Below, in pieces: positions 10,031 through 24,690 of a DNA stretch of 64,000 bases; position 1 is the first letter of the stretch, and each line of letters starts with the position of its first letter. The notes under the pieces are model-generated. The model worked only from the letters and a program-made list of their open reading frames with translations, did not search any database and was not told where the DNA came from. The position numbers were made by a program, and so were the translations under genes. The stretch spans positions 17,549-81,548 of the forward strand of contig JASLKQ010000002.1 in the NCBI GenBank assembly GCA_030747505.1, read 5' to 3'. This DNA is from Verrucomicrobiota bacterium (GTDB taxonomy: Bacteria > Verrucomicrobiota > Verrucomicrobiia > Limisphaerales > UBA1100).

Positions 10031-11033
10031 GAATACGCTTTCGATTCCCCGTGTGAAGCGCCTGCTGAGTGCTGCAGCCAAGAGCCGTGTGCTGGTGGTG
10101 GGTGATGTAATATTGGACCAATTCTTGTGGGGTAAGGTGAAACGAATTTCACCGGAGGCTCCGGTGCCGGTAGTGGAGTTTGAACGGGAAAGTTTCATGC
10201 CAGGCGGAGCCGCCAACGTGGCGCGTAACCTGACTGCACTTGGTGCAGGAGTGGAACTCTTTGGATTGGTAGGCAAGGATGATGGAGCCAGGCAGTTGAG
10301 GGCACTCCTCAAGGAGGAAAAAGTGGATGGGGGTGGTCTTAAGGTGGTTAATGACCGATTAACCACACTTAAAACGCGGGTCGTGGCTCATCATCAGCAG
10401 GTGGTTCGGATTGACCGTGAAACGAATCAGACCGGCGATCTACGGATTACGAGGCGGTTATTGAAGGCTGTGGAAAAGGATATAGGCGGGACTGATGCCA
10501 TCATTGTTGCTGATTACAACAAGGGGGTTGTAACCCAGGAGCTTCTTGAAGGTTTGCGTGGGTTGTGCCGCCCTCGAGGTATTTGGTTGAGCCTGGATCC
10601 CAAGCCAGCACACCAGCTTGATGTTATGGGGTTATCTTTGATTACCCCCAACCGCAACGAATTATTTGAATTGGCGGGGATGATCGATGAGGTTCGTCAC
10701 GAAAACCCATTGCGTGATAAGCAGCTTATGGCGGCTGTGAAGGTCGTCCAAAAACAATATCAACCTGCCCTTCTGCTAGTCACTTTAAGTGAACAAGGTA
10801 TGCTTCTGGCCCAGCGTGGAGCACGCCCGGTGGTGATCCCCACCATGACGCAGGAAGTATACGATGTGTCCGGAGCGGGCGATACGGTGATTGCCAGTTT
10901 TACTATTGCTATCGCAGCGGGAGCTTCACCACTGGAGGCAGCACTCTTTGCCAATCATGCAGCGGGAGTTGTGGTTGGAAAATTGGGGACAGCAACGGTT
11001 TCTCCCAAGGAGTTGTCGGCAAGTTTCAAATGA
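10023..11033 (+). CDS. hldA: D-glycero-beta-D-manno-heptose-7-phosphate kinase (RfaE domain I, PfkB family), stand-alone
   Basis: [36 protein letters not shown] and [11 protein letters not shown] (PfkB signature). Its start overlaps the thiG stop by 8 nt. Confidence 0.85.
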   Translation: MSKNTLSIPRVKRLLSAAAKSRVLVVGDVILDQFLWGKVKRISPEAPVPVVEFERESFMPGGAANVARNLTALGAGVELFGLVGKDDGARQLRALLKEEKVDGGGLKVVNDRLTTLKTRVVAHHQQVVRIDRETNQTGDLRITRRLLKAVEKDIGGTDAIIVADYNKGVVTQELLEGLRGLCRPRGIWLSLDPKPAHQLDVMGLSLITPNRNELFELAGMIDEVRHENPLRDKQLMAAVKVVQKQYQPALLLVTLSEQGMLLAQRGARPVVIPTMTQEVYDVSGAGDTVIASFTIAIAAGASPLEAALFANHAAGVVVGKLGTATVSPKELSASFK

Positions 11034-11575
11034 GCCGCGCTGTTTTCCTTGATCGCGATGGAACGCTGAATGTAGAGCGACATTATCTGCACGATCCGGA
11101 GGCTCTGGACATTATCCCTGGCGTGGGTCCGGCATTGAGACGACTGATAGATGCGGGATTTGATCTCTTCATCGTTACCAACCAATCGGGCATTGGTCGG
11201 GGATATTATACTGAAAATGACATGCACGCGGTGAATAAAAAACTGGCTGCAGAGCTGGAGGCTGATGGCGTGAAATTTGTGAAGGTGTATTATGCTCCCG
11301 AAGCTCCCGATCAGGATGGTCCCGGGCGTAAGCCAAGCCCGAAATTTCTGCATGATGCTGCTTCACAATTCGATATCAACTTGGAGGAGAGCTTCATGGT
11401 GGGAGACAAGATAGCTGACTTGGGATGTGGCTGGAATGCCGGGGTTAAAAAGAGTATTCTGGTTCGGACCGGATATGGAGCAGAGCTTGAGAAATCGGAA
11501 CCAGAGGCTGTGTCAAAGGCGGTAATCGTTGATGATGTCGCTGGAGCAGCAGATTGGATTTTGACCAACCCATGA
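11030..11575 (+). CDS. gmhB: D-glycero-D-manno-heptose 1,7-bisphosphate 7-phosphatase (HAD-IIIA)
   Basis: AVFLDRDGTLN, FIVTNQSGIGRGY, RKPSPKFL, MVGDKIADL. ATGA overlap with the upstream gene. Confidence 0.85.
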   Translation: MSRAVFLDRDGTLNVERHYLHDPEALDIIPGVGPALRRLIDAGFDLFIVTNQSGIGRGYYTENDMHAVNKKLAAELEADGVKFVKVYYAPEAPDQDGPGRKPSPKFLHDAASQFDINLEESFMVGDKIADLGCGWNAGVKKSILVRTGYGAELEKSEPEAVSKAVIVDDVAGAADWILTNP

Positions 11576-12306
11576 AAATTATCGGCATCATTCCGGCCCG
11601 GTACGCTTCCACGCGCTTTCCTGGGAAGCCCCTGCATATTATTGCCGGCAAGCCATTGATTCAGCATGTGGTGGAGCGCTGTCATGGTGCTTCGACTTTA
11701 AGCGAGGTTATTGTGGCCACCGATGATGAGCGTATTGCTGAGGTAGCACGCAAATTTTGCAGGGTGGAAATGACTAGTGCAGACCATCTCAGCGGGACCG
11801 ATCGTATTGCTGAGGTCGCCTCTCGGATGGATTGTGACGGGGTGGTCAACGTACAGGGCGACGAACCTTTAATAGCTCCAGAGGTCATTAATGCAGTGGC
11901 TGAAGCCCTCTTGCAAAGCGAGATGACGACTGCCGCTTCGCTTGTGAACAACATTTCGGACTATTCGGATCCCAACGTGGTGAAAGTCGTTGTCAGTTCG
12001 GAGGGTCGCGCCTTATATTTTTCACGCCGGACGGTTCCATATGTGCGTGATTTTGCCGAGGAGAGTCCCAAAAAACAATTGGAGGCCTTCCCGTTTTTGA
12101 AGCATCTGGGTATTTACGGATACCAGTGTAAAACACTGCAGCGGTTGGTTGAATATGCGCCCTCCCCGTTGGAGCAGGCCGAAAAGCTGGAGCAGTTGCG
12201 GGCGTTAGAAAACGGTATTGAGATCAGTGTGTGCCAAGTGGAGTATGAGGCCATTGGGGTTGATGTGCCCGAGGATGTGCAGCGTGTGGAGCCGTTGCTC
12301 AAATAG
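11572..12306 (+). CDS. kdsB: 3-deoxy-manno-octulosonate cytidylyltransferase (CMP-Kdo synthetase)
   Basis: MKIIGIIPARYASTRFPGKPL, VVATDDERI, VNVQGDEPLI, LEQLRALENG. The start at 11572 forms an ATGA overlap with the gmhB stop. The ORF-track start at 11554 is less likely. Confidence 0.93.
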   Translation: MKIIGIIPARYASTRFPGKPLHIIAGKPLIQHVVERCHGASTLSEVIVATDDERIAEVARKFCRVEMTSADHLSGTDRIAEVASRMDCDGVVNVQGDEPLIAPEVINAVAEALLQSEMTTAASLVNNISDYSDPNVVKVVVSSEGRALYFSRRTVPYVRDFAEESPKKQLEAFPFLKHLGIYGYQCKTLQRLVEYAPSPLEQAEKLEQLRALENGIEISVCQVEYEAIGVDVPEDVQRVEPLLK

Positions 12307-13914
<1,608 letters not shown>

Positions 13915-13916
13915 CT

Positions 13917-15149
13917 GTGACTTATCAGCAAGCCATTGATTGGCTGTATGAGCTCCGTTTATTGGGTTCCAGGCTAGGGCTGGAGAACCCCCGCCAGCTG
14001 GCTGAGCTTGCCGGAAACCCTCAAGATAGGCTCAAGATCATCCATGTTGCGGGGACTAATGGTAAGGGCTCGGTTTGCGCTATGTTAGAATGCATTTACC
14101 GAGTCCAAGGATATAAGACAGGGCTCTTTACTTCGCCGCATCTGGTCAGTTTTCGGGAACGGATTCAAGTGAACCGTGAATGGGTTTCTAAGGAGGATAT
14201 CATTCAGCAAGTTGGAGTAATGCAAATGCGATTGCAGCAGTTTCCTGAAGATCAAACACCCACATTTTTTGAAGTCATAACGGTGATGGCCCTCGAGTAT
14301 TTCGCGCAGTGTGACTGTGACGTTGTGTTATTGGAAACCGGTTTGGGAGGCCGATTGGATGCGACCAACATTGTGAACCCCATTGGCTCGGTGATTACAC
14401 CAATTTCTCTAGACCATCAGCAGTACCTGGGTGAAACAATAGAAGAAATTGCCGGAGAGAAAGCTGGGATTATCAAACTTGGCATTCCTGTATATTGCGC
14501 GAATCAGCAAGCTTCGGTAATCGAGGTAATTGAGCAAGTGGCTAAAGATCATGATGCGCCCTGTGAGTTGGTTGCGGATGGGGAAACTAATACTGCACTA
14601 TCAGGACGACATCAGCGCGAAAATGCGACACTGGCCAAAATGGTTGCAGAAGAGGCAGGGGTAACCGTTTCGTCTGTATCGATCGTTCAAGGGCTACAAG
14701 AGGTCCAATGGCAGGGCAGGCTTGAGTGTGTGGAAAAGGGGAGCCAAAAATTTATCATTGATGCGGCCCATAATCCTGCCGGAGCCCAGGCTCTGGCAGG
14801 TTATTTAAAGGAAGAATTTCCAGACCAACGCCCTTCTTTGCTTATCGGCGTATTGGCGGACAAAAGCTGGAAGAATACCGTAGAGTTACTTTCGCCTCTG
14901 GTGAGTTCCATCATATGTGTTCCTGTCGGGAGTGGGAGAGGTTTGGTGCCCGGTGAATTGGCCACTTTTGCGCACCTCCACTGTGAATCGGTTCAAAGCT
15001 GTGATTCATTGACGGAAGGATTGGAAAAGTTGACCGAGGAGTCGTTGGTAGTGGTTGCCGGCTCAGTATACCTGATTGGAGAAGTCATGGAGCAGCTTGG
15101 TTTGGTGGAGTCAGCCCAAGAACAGGCATTGAATGATTGGAAAATATAG
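13917..15149 (+). CDS. folC: Bifunctional folylpolyglutamate synthase / dihydrofolate synthase
   Basis: HVAGTNGKGS (P-loop), TSPHLVSFRERI, ETGLGGRLDATN, DAAHNPAGAQAL. GTG start 2 nt after the pyrG stop. Confidence 0.9.
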   Translation: MTYQQAIDWLYELRLLGSRLGLENPRQLAELAGNPQDRLKIIHVAGTNGKGSVCAMLECIYRVQGYKTGLFTSPHLVSFRERIQVNREWVSKEDIIQQVGVMQMRLQQFPEDQTPTFFEVITVMALEYFAQCDCDVVLLETGLGGRLDATNIVNPIGSVITPISLDHQQYLGETIEEIAGEKAGIIKLGIPVYCANQQASVIEVIEQVAKDHDAPCELVADGETNTALSGRHQRENATLAKMVAEEAGVTVSSVSIVQGLQEVQWQGRLECVEKGSQKFIIDAAHNPAGAQALAGYLKEEFPDQRPSLLIGVLADKSWKNTVELLSPLVSSIICVPVGSGRGLVPGELATFAHLHCESVQSCDSLTEGLEKLTEESLVVVAGSVYLIGEVMEQLGLVESAQEQALNDWKI

Positions 15150-15387
15150 AACCTGATTGCAGATATCATGGAAGAGCTCAGAAAAAGAGACAAAATGACA
15201 CTATTGATATAGAGACATATAGTCTCTTTTACAGTTCGGTTAATATTACTTATTCCATTATTTCCCTAAAAAAGCGCCTTTGTTGGTTTAATGGTCATGG
15301 CATGGATTCTGATATTAACAGGATAAACTGAGGCGCCTATGGCGGGACGTTTCGGTAAAGATTTAATACCGCCTGAAAGGAATAAAA

Positions 15388-15816
15388 ATGAACACATTGA
15401 GTATCTGGAATCCTATTCATGATATGGATGAGTTGTTTCACAATCGACTAGCCTCGGTGCTGGGTGGTGAAGGGTTGGAGTCGACGACCTGGTCGCCAGT
15501 TGTGGACATTGAGGAAACCAAAAATGGCTATGTCATTCGCGCTGAATTGCCCGGCTTAGATAAGGATCAGGTTAAAGTCGTCGTGGAGGATGGTATATTG
15601 ACCTTGTCTGGCGAACGCAATCTTGAGCGCACGGTAGAGGGTAAAACTTTTCATCGTGTGGAAAGATCACACGGTACATTCAGCCGGAGTTTTACGCTGC
15701 CAGAGGCAGTAAACTCCGAAAGTGTGGAAGCAAAATTCAATGATGGGTTGCTCGAGATTCACGTAGAGAAGCTTGAGGAGTTACTTCCTAAAGCGATTGA
15801 AGTGCGTGTGGAATAA
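15388..15816 (+). CDS. Hsp20/alpha-crystallin family small heat-shock protein
   Basis: WSPVVDIEETKNGYVIRAELPGLDKDQVKV, SGER, FSRSFTLPEAV, NDGLLEIHV. Confidence 0.9.
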   Translation: MNTLSIWNPIHDMDELFHNRLASVLGGEGLESTTWSPVVDIEETKNGYVIRAELPGLDKDQVKVVVEDGILTLSGERNLERTVEGKTFHRVERSHGTFSRSFTLPEAVNSESVEAKFNDGLLEIHVEKLEELLPKAIEVRVE

Positions 15817-15882
15817 TCACACCAACCGGGGGGCATGAGCTCCCCGGTATTTGATTTTAACCCTGAGGGGAAAGGCACGGTA

Positions 15883-18474
15883 ATGATGGATAAACTAACA
15901 CAAAAATCACAGGAAGCTTTGCAAGGTGCTCAAGCACTTGCGAGGGATTATTCGCATCAAGAAATTGATGGACCGCATTTGGCGCTGGCGCTATCCCGTC
16001 AGTCCGAATCCATTGTGCCGACTTTATTACAGCGTGCGGGTGTCAATCTACCAGCTTTCCAGGCCGACTTGAATGAGGAGCTTAAACGCCGAGCGAAGGT
16101 GGATGGAGTGAATTCGAGTGACGTGTTTTTAAGCCGTGATCTAAAACAGGCTTTTGACAAGGCTCAAGATGAGGCCAAAAAGCTGGGAGACGAGTTTCTT
16201 AGTGCCGAACATATGTTGCTTGGGTTGGTGAATTCAGGTCGATCCATGAAAAATATATTCTCCGCGCACAACATTAAGCGAGAGGTGCTTTTGGAGAAAA
16301 TAGGCGAGGTACGCGGTAATCAAAGAGTTACTGACGAGCATCCTGAGGCCAAATTTGAAGCCTTGGAAAAATACGGTAAGGACCTTACCGAGTTGGCGAG
16401 GGCGGGAAAAATTGATCCGGTAATCGGGCGCAATGATGAGGTTCGGCGTGTCATGCAGGTGCGGGCACGGCGCACAAAGAATAATCCCGTTTTGATAGGT
16501 GATCCAGGTGTGGGGAAGACGGCCATTGCTGAAGGTTTGGCTCGCCGGATTGTTTCTGGCGATGTGCCTGATTCATTGAAAAACAAGAAGTTAATTGCAA
16601 TGGATTTAGGCGCAATGATTGCAGGCGCAAAATTTAGGGGAGAATTCGAGGATCGTCTGAAGGCATTTTTGAAAGAGGTTGCTGCGGCTGAAGGGCAGAT
16701 TGTTCTCTTTATTGATGAGCTACACACGATTATTGGTGCCGGCAACGCAGAAGGTTCTGCAGATGCGGCAAATATGCTGAAGCCTCAACTTGCACGCGGT
16801 GAATTGCATTGTATTGGGGCCACCACGCTTGATGAATACCGCAAGCACGTGGAGAAAGATCCGGCGTTGGAGCGGCGTTTCCAACCGGTCAAGGTGGATG
16901 AGCCGACGGTGGAGGAGACTATCGCGATTTTGCGCGGGCTCAAGGAGCGCTATGAGGTGCACCATGGTATTCGAATTCAGGACGGAGCTCTCCTGTCGGC
17001 TGCACAACTCTCAAAGCGTTACATTGCTGATCGTTTTCTTCCAGACAAGGCAATTGACCTTATGGATGAAGCCGCCTCACGCCTTCGCATGGAACTCGAT
17101 TCAATGCCCGTGGAGATAGATCAGCTCGAGCGGCAGATTCTGCAGCTGGAGATTGAAGAGACAGCTCTAAAGAAAGAGAAGGATTCTGCTTCTGAAGAAC
17201 GTCTTGGGAGTTTACAGAAACAACTGGCAAACCTTAAGGAACGCACTGCCAAGCTTAAGGGGCAATGGCAGGATGAGAAGGCGGCCATCAATGCGGTAAC
17301 TATCATTAATAGCCAAATTGAGGAAGCGCGACGCGATCAGGAGGCAGCAGAACGGGCGGGGGATTTGTCTACTGCTGCAGAAATTCAGTACGGGCGCGTT
17401 CCGGAATTACAGGAAAAGTTGGTAGCGGCCAAGGAAGCCATCAAGGAACAGAATGGGAACCGGCTTTTGAGCGAGGAAGTGACGGAGGAAGACGTTGCCC
17501 GCGTGGTAGCCACATGGACGGGTATTCCCGTGACCCGCATGCTGGAAAGTGAGCGGGCGAAACTGGTGCGAATGGAGGAAGGTTTGCATGAGCGGATTAT
17601 TGGCCAGGATGAGGCGGTTACAGTCGTGGCAAATGCCGTCCGCAGAGCACGAAGTGGCTTGCAGGATCCACAGCGTCCGATGGGTAGCTTTATTTTTCTT
17701 GGGCCAACAGGAGTTGGTAAGACTGAGTTGGCGAGGGCCTTGGCTGAATTCCTCTTTGATGATGAGCAGGCTATGACGCGCATTGATATGAGCGAATATA
17801 TGGAGAAGCATAGTGTATCACGCCTGATTGGAGCACCTCCGGGATATGTCGGTTATGATGAAGGCGGTCAACTCAGTGAAGCAGTGCGTCGCCGGCCCTA
17901 TAGCGTGGTCCTTTTTGATGAGATCGAGAAAGCGCACCCAGATGTGTTCAACACCCTTTTGCAAGTGCTTGACGATGGTCGTCTTACCGACGGACAAGGC
18001 CGTACGGTCGATTTTCGAAATACCGTTATCATCATGACCAGTAATATCGGGAGCCCTCTAATCCAACACCATTTTGCTGAGGGTAAAGCAATGGATGAAA
18101 CCCTGAAGGAAGGGGTGATGGATCAATTGAAACAATATTTCCGGCCTGAGTTTTTGAATCGTGTGGATGATAGTATTATTTTCCGCAGTTTGGATGAGGC
18201 TGAATTGGGAGCCATTGTAGACATTCAGCTTTCTCGAGTGGATGATCGATTGGAGGATCAGCAATTGACCCTTGCTGTTGATTCGAGTGCCCGCGCGTTT
18301 CTTGCCAAGGCGGGGTATGATCCACAGTTCGGTGCTCGCCCGCTCAAGCGCGCCATCCAGCAGCATCTACTGGACCCCTTGGCCTTGAAACTCCTTGATG
18401 GGGATTTTAAGCCGGGTGATTCGATTTCAGCAAAAGCGAAGGCGGATGAAGTGGAATTCTCGCTTGCTGAATAG
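15883..18474 (+). CDS. clpB: ATP-dependent chaperone ClpB
   Basis: Two AAA+ modules ([10 protein letters not shown] and [11 protein letters not shown]) separated by a long coiled-coil M-domain, plus [15 protein letters not shown] prefer the [13 protein letters not shown] start at 15883, which has GAGGGGAAAGG upstream. The ORF-track start at 15835 adds 16 non-conserved residues. Confidence 0.96.
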   Translation: MMDKLTQKSQEALQGAQALARDYSHQEIDGPHLALALSRQSESIVPTLLQRAGVNLPAFQADLNEELKRRAKVDGVNSSDVFLSRDLKQAFDKAQDEAKKLGDEFLSAEHMLLGLVNSGRSMKNIFSAHNIKREVLLEKIGEVRGNQRVTDEHPEAKFEALEKYGKDLTELARAGKIDPVIGRNDEVRRVMQVRARRTKNNPVLIGDPGVGKTAIAEGLARRIVSGDVPDSLKNKKLIAMDLGAMIAGAKFRGEFEDRLKAFLKEVAAAEGQIVLFIDELHTIIGAGNAEGSADAANMLKPQLARGELHCIGATTLDEYRKHVEKDPALERRFQPVKVDEPTVEETIAILRGLKERYEVHHGIRIQDGALLSAAQLSKRYIADRFLPDKAIDLMDEAASRLRMELDSMPVEIDQLERQILQLEIEETALKKEKDSASEERLGSLQKQLANLKERTAKLKGQWQDEKAAINAVTIINSQIEEARRDQEAAERAGDLSTAAEIQYGRVPELQEKLVAAKEAIKEQNGNRLLSEEVTEEDVARVVATWTGIPVTRMLESERAKLVRMEEGLHERIIGQDEAVTVVANAVRRARSGLQDPQRPMGSFIFLGPTGVGKTELARALAEFLFDDEQAMTRIDMSEYMEKHSVSRLIGAPPGYVGYDEGGQLSEAVRRRPYSVVLFDEIEKAHPDVFNTLLQVLDDGRLTDGQGRTVDFRNTVIIMTSNIGSPLIQHHFAEGKAMDETLKEGVMDQLKQYFRPEFLNRVDDSIIFRSLDEAELGAIVDIQLSRVDDRLEDQQLTLAVDSSARAFLAKAGYDPQFGARPLKRAIQQHLLDPLALKLLDGDFKPGDSISAKAKADEVEFSLAE

Positions 18475-18492
18475 GTTGAGTGAACGGTTCTT

Positions 18493-19716
18493 TTACTTGT
18501 AGAGAAGAAATTCTGCTCGGCGCTTCCTGAACTGATTTAAATCCTCTTTCCATATGTTTTGGATTTGAGACAGGGAATCACCGTCTTCAATGGCCTTTAG
18601 GGTCGCAGAGTGACAAAGGAGCCGGTTGACTTTGCTCAAAGGGAAATTTTCCGGGTACATTTGATGGAGAACACGTGCAATTTCAATTCCTAAAGGAACA
18701 GACCGAAGAATCTTTCGGTCGGTAATGATGATGTTTACACCGCGGCAGGGCCGGTCTTTATGAATACTGGCCTTTGGAGTAAACTTGATGGGGATGAACC
18801 TGACTCCAGGTTGTTGAAGATCATTCAGTGAGCGGGCAAGTTTCACGTCATCAATGTAGGGAGCTCCAATGATTTCAAATGGTGTGTCAGTTCCTCTTCC
18901 AACTGAAAGGGCGGTTTCCAATAATCCAATACCTGGATAAAGAATTGCCTGTGTGAGGCTGCGCATATTGGGAGATGGGTTGGTCCACGGTTGGCCTGTT
19001 TCATCAAAAAACTTGCCGCGAGACCAGCCTTCCACCTTCACCACCTGCAGATTGGCGTCGTAACCCCGTTCCTTATTGAACATATGAGCGAGCTCTCCCA
19101 CGGTCATGCCGTGTTGTATGGGTATGTCATGGAATGCGATAAATTGACTTGGTCCTTGCCGGATTGGTCCATCAACGATTTGGCCTCCAATGGGGTTTAT
19201 CCGGTCCAGGACTATGAACCGAATCCCTGCTTGGGAAGCCGCTTCAATGGCTAAGCCCATTGTGGAAATATAGGTGTAAAACCTGCATCCAATATCCTGG
19301 ATGTCAAAAATTAATGCATCCAGACCAGCCAACTGCTCAGCGGTGGGTTTGCGAGTTGCCCCATAAAGACTGAAAATTTTCAGGCCGGAATTGGTATCTG
19401 TGCTATCGCCAATTCTTCTATCCAGCGTGCCATGGAGTCCATGCTCGGGGCTGAAGATGGCCCTCAGCTCCAGATTTTTGGTTTTAAGGAGTAAATCCAA
19501 AGTTAGATGACGTTTTAGGTTATGTCCGGTGTGGTTGGTTATTAGACCCACTTTGAGTCCTTTTGGAAGAATAGCAGAGCGAGCATGCAGAACGTCAGCC
19601 CCATTCAAAACTGGGGCTAGGGAACTATGTGTTAATCTAGAGCCTTTACAGCCTGCCCCCAGCAGACCTGCGGCCAACATTAGACACGGGAACTTGGTGA
19701 ATTTTGCATTCGTCAT
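18493..19716 (-). CDS. DUF1343 family protein (exo-beta-N-acetylmuramidase NamZ-like)
   Basis: Signal/lipoprotein-like N-terminus (LGAGCKG). LDALIFDIQDIGCRFYTYISTM and VLDRINPIGG are characteristic of DUF1343/YbbC/NamZ. Confidence 0.8.
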   Translation of the reverse strand: MTNAKFTKFPCLMLAAGLLGAGCKGSRLTHSSLAPVLNGADVLHARSAILPKGLKVGLITNHTGHNLKRHLTLDLLLKTKNLELRAIFSPEHGLHGTLDRRIGDSTDTNSGLKIFSLYGATRKPTAEQLAGLDALIFDIQDIGCRFYTYISTMGLAIEAASQAGIRFIVLDRINPIGGQIVDGPIRQGPSQFIAFHDIPIQHGMTVGELAHMFNKERGYDANLQVVKVEGWSRGKFFDETGQPWTNPSPNMRSLTQAILYPGIGLLETALSVGRGTDTPFEIIGAPYIDDVKLARSLNDLQQPGVRFIPIKFTPKASIHKDRPCRGVNIIITDRKILRSVPLGIEIARVLHQMYPENFPLSKVNRLLCHSATLKAIEDGDSLSQIQNIWKEDLNQFRKRRAEFLLYK

Positions 19717-19821
19717 GAGTTAGGTTAAGGAGGGTAGACAACTTCACGGGGCTTGGCCAATAATTGCTTTAGAGGGCTCTTCTTTCAATTGATTTGTAGA
19801 AGGGTTCAATTTGTGAGATAT

Positions 19822-20625
19822 ATGCCCCAGCCGATGGATTTCCTCAGGGGCATTTTCAATACTTCGCTGGGCCGAAAGTACATTATGGCCATTACAGGGG
19901 TTGGCCTGTTCGGCTTCATTATTGGGCACTTGATGGGTAATCTGTTGGTGTTTGTGGGTCCCGCAGCGTTGAACCAGTATGCGGCCAAGCTTCATTCGAT
20001 GGGACCGCTTCTCTGGGTGGCCCGATTGGGACTACTGGGGATGGCGGGGTTGCATATCTGGTCAGCCATCAAACTTACCACCGAAAACCGTGAGGCACGG
20101 GTAGTTGAATATGAAGAGGGGGTGAATCCGGTGGACGGTCATCGTAGGGACGATATCGTGGCTAGATTCGCTGCGCGTACAATGATATTTAGCGGCCTGA
20201 TTATTGCCGCCTTCGCATTTTACCATCTGGCGCATTACACGTGGAAGGTTCCCCAGATCAATGGTCTGGAGGTAGACTTTGAGGAGGAGTTTTTTGTTCA
20301 TGAAATGGATGGAGAAAACAATCAGACCGCCTTTGTTACGCCGCTACCTGAGGGAGCAGGCAAGGAAGGTGAACATGCAGCAGATGTATACAGGATGGTC
20401 GTTGCAGGGTTTAAGGTTCGGTGGGTTTCCGGTTTTTATGTGATTGCCATTGGTCTACTCTGTTTTCATCTGAGCCACGGGCTCAGTGCAATGTTTCAAT
20501 CATTGGGCCTCAATAACAAAAAATATGGACCCTTACTGGATAAGTTCGCCATTGGCGCGTCTATACTCATTTTCCTTGGATATATATCCATTCCTGTAGG
20601 CGTCCTCGTTGGGGTGGTTAAATAG
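19822..20625 (+). CDS. sdhC: Succinate dehydrogenase/fumarate reductase cytochrome b subunit (b558, type B)
   Basis: Multi-TM protein directly upstream of the flavoprotein subunit. [27 protein letters not shown] matches the N-terminus of b558-type anchors. I prefer the ATG at 19822 to the track start at 19753. Confidence 0.8.
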   Translation: MPQPMDFLRGIFNTSLGRKYIMAITGVGLFGFIIGHLMGNLLVFVGPAALNQYAAKLHSMGPLLWVARLGLLGMAGLHIWSAIKLTTENREARVVEYEEGVNPVDGHRRDDIVARFAARTMIFSGLIIAAFAFYHLAHYTWKVPQINGLEVDFEEEFFVHEMDGENNQTAFVTPLPEGAGKEGEHAADVYRMVVAGFKVRWVSGFYVIAIGLLCFHLSHGLSAMFQSLGLNNKKYGPLLDKFAIGASILIFLGYISIPVGVLVGVVK

Positions 20626-20626
20626 C

Positions 20627-22564
20627 ATGAACTTGGACGCCAAAATACCAACCGGACCGATGGCCCAGAAATGGGATAAGCACCGCTTTGACCTGAAGTT
20701 GGTTAACCCGGCCAATAAACGGAAGTATGAGGTGATTGTGGTGGGCAGTGGCTTGGCAGGCGCCTCGGCTGCCGCCTCCATGGCTGAACTGGGCTATAAC
20801 GTAAAATGCTTCTGTTATCAGGACAGTCCTCGACGGGCACACTCAGTGGCCGCCCAGGGAGGCATTAATGCGGCCAAGAATTACCAAAATGATGGTGATT
20901 CCGTATACCGGCTTTTCTACGATACGGTGAAGGGTGGGGATTACCGCTCCCGTGAAGCCAATGTTTATCGGTTGGCCCAGGTGAGTGTAGATATTATTGA
21001 TCAATGTGCTGCTCAAGGTGTTCCCTTTGCTCGTGAATATGGGGGGCTCCTTGCTAATCGATCCTTCGGTGGGGCACAGGTAAGTCGCACCTTTTATGCT
21101 CGTGGCCAGACCGGGCAGCAGTTGCTCTTGGGTGCCTATTCCTCACTGTGCCGACAGATCGGGCTGGGCAAGGTTAAGATGTTTCCGCGCACGGAAATGC
21201 TGGATGTGGTACTGGTCGATGGACATGCCAAGGGCATTATTGTGCGCGACATGGTGACGGGCGAAATCAGCCGACACTCTGCCCATACCGTTGTATTGGC
21301 AACCGGTGGTTATGGGAATGTATTCTACCTTTCGACCAATGCCATGGGTTGCAATGTCACCGCAACCCACCGTGCTTATAAACGAGGAGCGGCCTTTGCC
21401 AACCCCTGTTACACGCAGATTCATCCCACCTGTATCCCTGTGAGTGGCGATCACCAGAGTAAACTTACCCTGATGAGTGAATCGCTTCGTAATGATGGCC
21501 GGGTTTGGGTTCCCAAGAGTCAGGAGATGGCCGAGAAGCTGCGCAAAGGGGAGATCAAACCGGGTGAAATAATAGAAGGGGAGCGAGATTATTATTTGGA
21601 ACGAAAATATCCAAGTTTCGGCAATCTGGTGCCTCGCGATGTTGCCTCGCGTAATGCCAAGGAGGCCTGTGATGAAGGGCGTGGAGTGGTTGGATCAGGG
21701 CTTGGAGTTTATTTGGATTTTGCTGATTCCATCAATCGCATGGGCGAGGATGTTGTCCGTGAGCGTTATGGCAATCTTTTTGATATGTACGAAAAGATTA
21801 CCGGTTCCAATGCCTACCAGAACCCGATGACGATTTACCCTGCGGTGCATTACACCATGGGCGGGCTTTGGGTGGATTATAACCTTATGAGTAACGTCCC
21901 AGGATTGTTTGTGATTGGGGAGGCCAACTTTTCTGATCATGGTGCCAATAGACTGGGGGCAAGTGCCCTCATGCAGGGTTTGGCCGATGGTTACTTTGTG
22001 TTGCCCTATACCATTGGCCAATACCTGGCCGAGGCGGGACCTGATGGCCGGCCAAGTGAAGAATCTTCTGAATTCGATGAGGTTGAGGAAGCGGTTAAAG
22101 CTAGAATCAACAATCTCCTTTCGATTAAAGGCAAACGCACGCCGACTTCCTTCCACCGCGAGCTTGGCCAGATTATCTGGGACAAGTGTGGTATGTCCCG
22201 CAGTGAGTCCGGGCTCAATGAAGCACTGGAAAAACTTCCCGCTTTGCGGGAGGAGTTTTGGCAGAACCTGAATGTGCCGGGAGAAAATGGTTCGCTTAAC
22301 CAGAGTTTGGAATTGGCCGGGCGCGTGGCAGACTTTCTGGAGTTCGGTGAACTGATGTGTCGTGATGCACTGCAACGCGCTGAATCCTGTGGCGGGCACT
22401 TCCGCGAGGAACACCAGACCGAAGAAGGGGAAGCCAAGCGGGATGATGAGAACTTTTCCTTTGTCGGGGCGTGGGGGTATCGAGGGGCAGATAACGAACC
22501 TGAATTGCACAAGGAAGCTCTCACGTATGAGGAGGTTAAAATGACCCAGCGGAGTTACAAGTAA
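20627..22564 (+). CDS. sdhA: Succinate dehydrogenase/fumarate reductase flavoprotein subunit
   Basis: [14 protein letters not shown] (FAD fold), [11 protein letters not shown] (covalent FAD His context), [19 protein letters not shown]. The ATG at 20627 lies 1 nt after the sdhC stop. Confidence 0.95.
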   Translation: MNLDAKIPTGPMAQKWDKHRFDLKLVNPANKRKYEVIVVGSGLAGASAAASMAELGYNVKCFCYQDSPRRAHSVAAQGGINAAKNYQNDGDSVYRLFYDTVKGGDYRSREANVYRLAQVSVDIIDQCAAQGVPFAREYGGLLANRSFGGAQVSRTFYARGQTGQQLLLGAYSSLCRQIGLGKVKMFPRTEMLDVVLVDGHAKGIIVRDMVTGEISRHSAHTVVLATGGYGNVFYLSTNAMGCNVTATHRAYKRGAAFANPCYTQIHPTCIPVSGDHQSKLTLMSESLRNDGRVWVPKSQEMAEKLRKGEIKPGEIIEGERDYYLERKYPSFGNLVPRDVASRNAKEACDEGRGVVGSGLGVYLDFADSINRMGEDVVRERYGNLFDMYEKITGSNAYQNPMTIYPAVHYTMGGLWVDYNLMSNVPGLFVIGEANFSDHGANRLGASALMQGLADGYFVLPYTIGQYLAEAGPDGRPSEESSEFDEVEEAVKARINNLLSIKGKRTPTSFHRELGQIIWDKCGMSRSESGLNEALEKLPALREEFWQNLNVPGENGSLNQSLELAGRVADFLEFGELMCRDALQRAESCGGHFREEHQTEEGEAKRDDENFSFVGAWGYRGADNEPELHKEALTYEEVKMTQRSYK

Positions 22565-23331
22565 TGGGTAAGGAATTAAATTTAAGACTCAAGGTCTGGC
22601 GGCAGGACAATGCCGGTGATCTAGGAAGGTTTGAAGAGTATGAGGCCGAGGGCATCGATACAGATATGTCCTTTCTTGAGATGCTGGATGTGGTTAATGA
22701 AGGTCTTATTGAGGAGGGGAAAGAGCCCATTGCCTTTGATTCGGATTGTCGCGAGGGGATTTGTGGAACCTGCTCCATGGTTATTGGTGGTGTGCCTCAT
22801 GGCGGCCAGCAGGGAACCACCGCCTGTCAGTTGCATATGCGCCATTTTAATGACGGGGCAACGATCACCATTGAGCCCTGGCGGGCCACCGCATTTCCTG
22901 TTCACCGTGATCTGGTCGTGGACCGCACAGCCTTTGATCGGATTCAGCAGGCGGGCGGGTTTATTAGCGTGCGTACGGGCAGTGTGCCCGACGCCAACGC
23001 GACTCCGGTGCCAAAAGAGGAGTCGGATCTCGCCATGGATGCGGCTCAATGCATCGGGTGTGGAGCTTGTGTCGCCGCCTGTAAAAATGCCAGCGCCATG
23101 CTTTTTGTGGCGGCCAAGGTGTCTCATCTGAGCTTGGTGCCCCAGGGGCAACCTGAGCGGGAACGTCGGGCTTTGGCCATGGTGGAGCAGATGGATGAGG
23201 AAGGGTTTGGGAACTGTACGGTTACCGGTTCCTGTGAGGCTGTTTGCCCCAAGGAAATCTCGCTGGATTTCATTGCGCGCCTGAATCGCGAATATGGTCG
23301 GGCATTGATTAAGCGCGAGACATCCTCTTAA
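22564..23331 (+). CDS. sdhB: Succinate dehydrogenase/fumarate reductase iron-sulfur subunit
   Basis: [11 protein letters not shown] (2Fe-2S), [11 protein letters not shown] (4Fe-4S), [13 protein letters not shown] (3Fe-4S). The start overlaps the sdhA stop. Confidence 0.95.
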   Translation: MGKELNLRLKVWRQDNAGDLGRFEEYEAEGIDTDMSFLEMLDVVNEGLIEEGKEPIAFDSDCREGICGTCSMVIGGVPHGGQQGTTACQLHMRHFNDGATITIEPWRATAFPVHRDLVVDRTAFDRIQQAGGFISVRTGSVPDANATPVPKEESDLAMDAAQCIGCGACVAACKNASAMLFVAAKVSHLSLVPQGQPERERRALAMVEQMDEEGFGNCTVTGSCEAVCPKEISLDFIARLNREYGRALIKRETSS

Positions 23332-23388
23332 GCAAGGCTTTCCCCTTGCCAATTTGCCTCTGCAGCGTAGCCTTTTTGCAGCCACTAA

Positions 23389-24690
<1,302 letters not shown>

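Noticed and set aside
15150-15387. AT-rich spacer before hsp20-clpB: a 64-aa ORF (15137-15331), a possible heat-shock operator or an RNA thermometer
   Set aside because: The ORF has poor coding character (Ile/Asn/Ser-rich, AT-driven). I found no CIRCE (TTAGCACTC-N9-GAGTGCTAA), no HAIR (CTTGAGT-N7-ACTCAAG) and no clear sigma-32 consensus. A short AGAGAC/GTCTCT hairpin with T4 at 15211-15230 may be a weak folC terminator, and I could not support anything stronger by eye.
21695-22524. 271-aa and 172-aa minus-strand ORFs
   Set aside because: They are antisense to the well-supported sdhA gene, and their sequences have no family features.
23332-23349. Hairpin GCAAGG-CTTTCC-CCTTGC after sdhB as a terminator
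   Set aside because: It has only a 6-bp stem and no following T-run (CAATTTGCC), and the next gene starts 49 nt later on the same strand. It is too weak to call.
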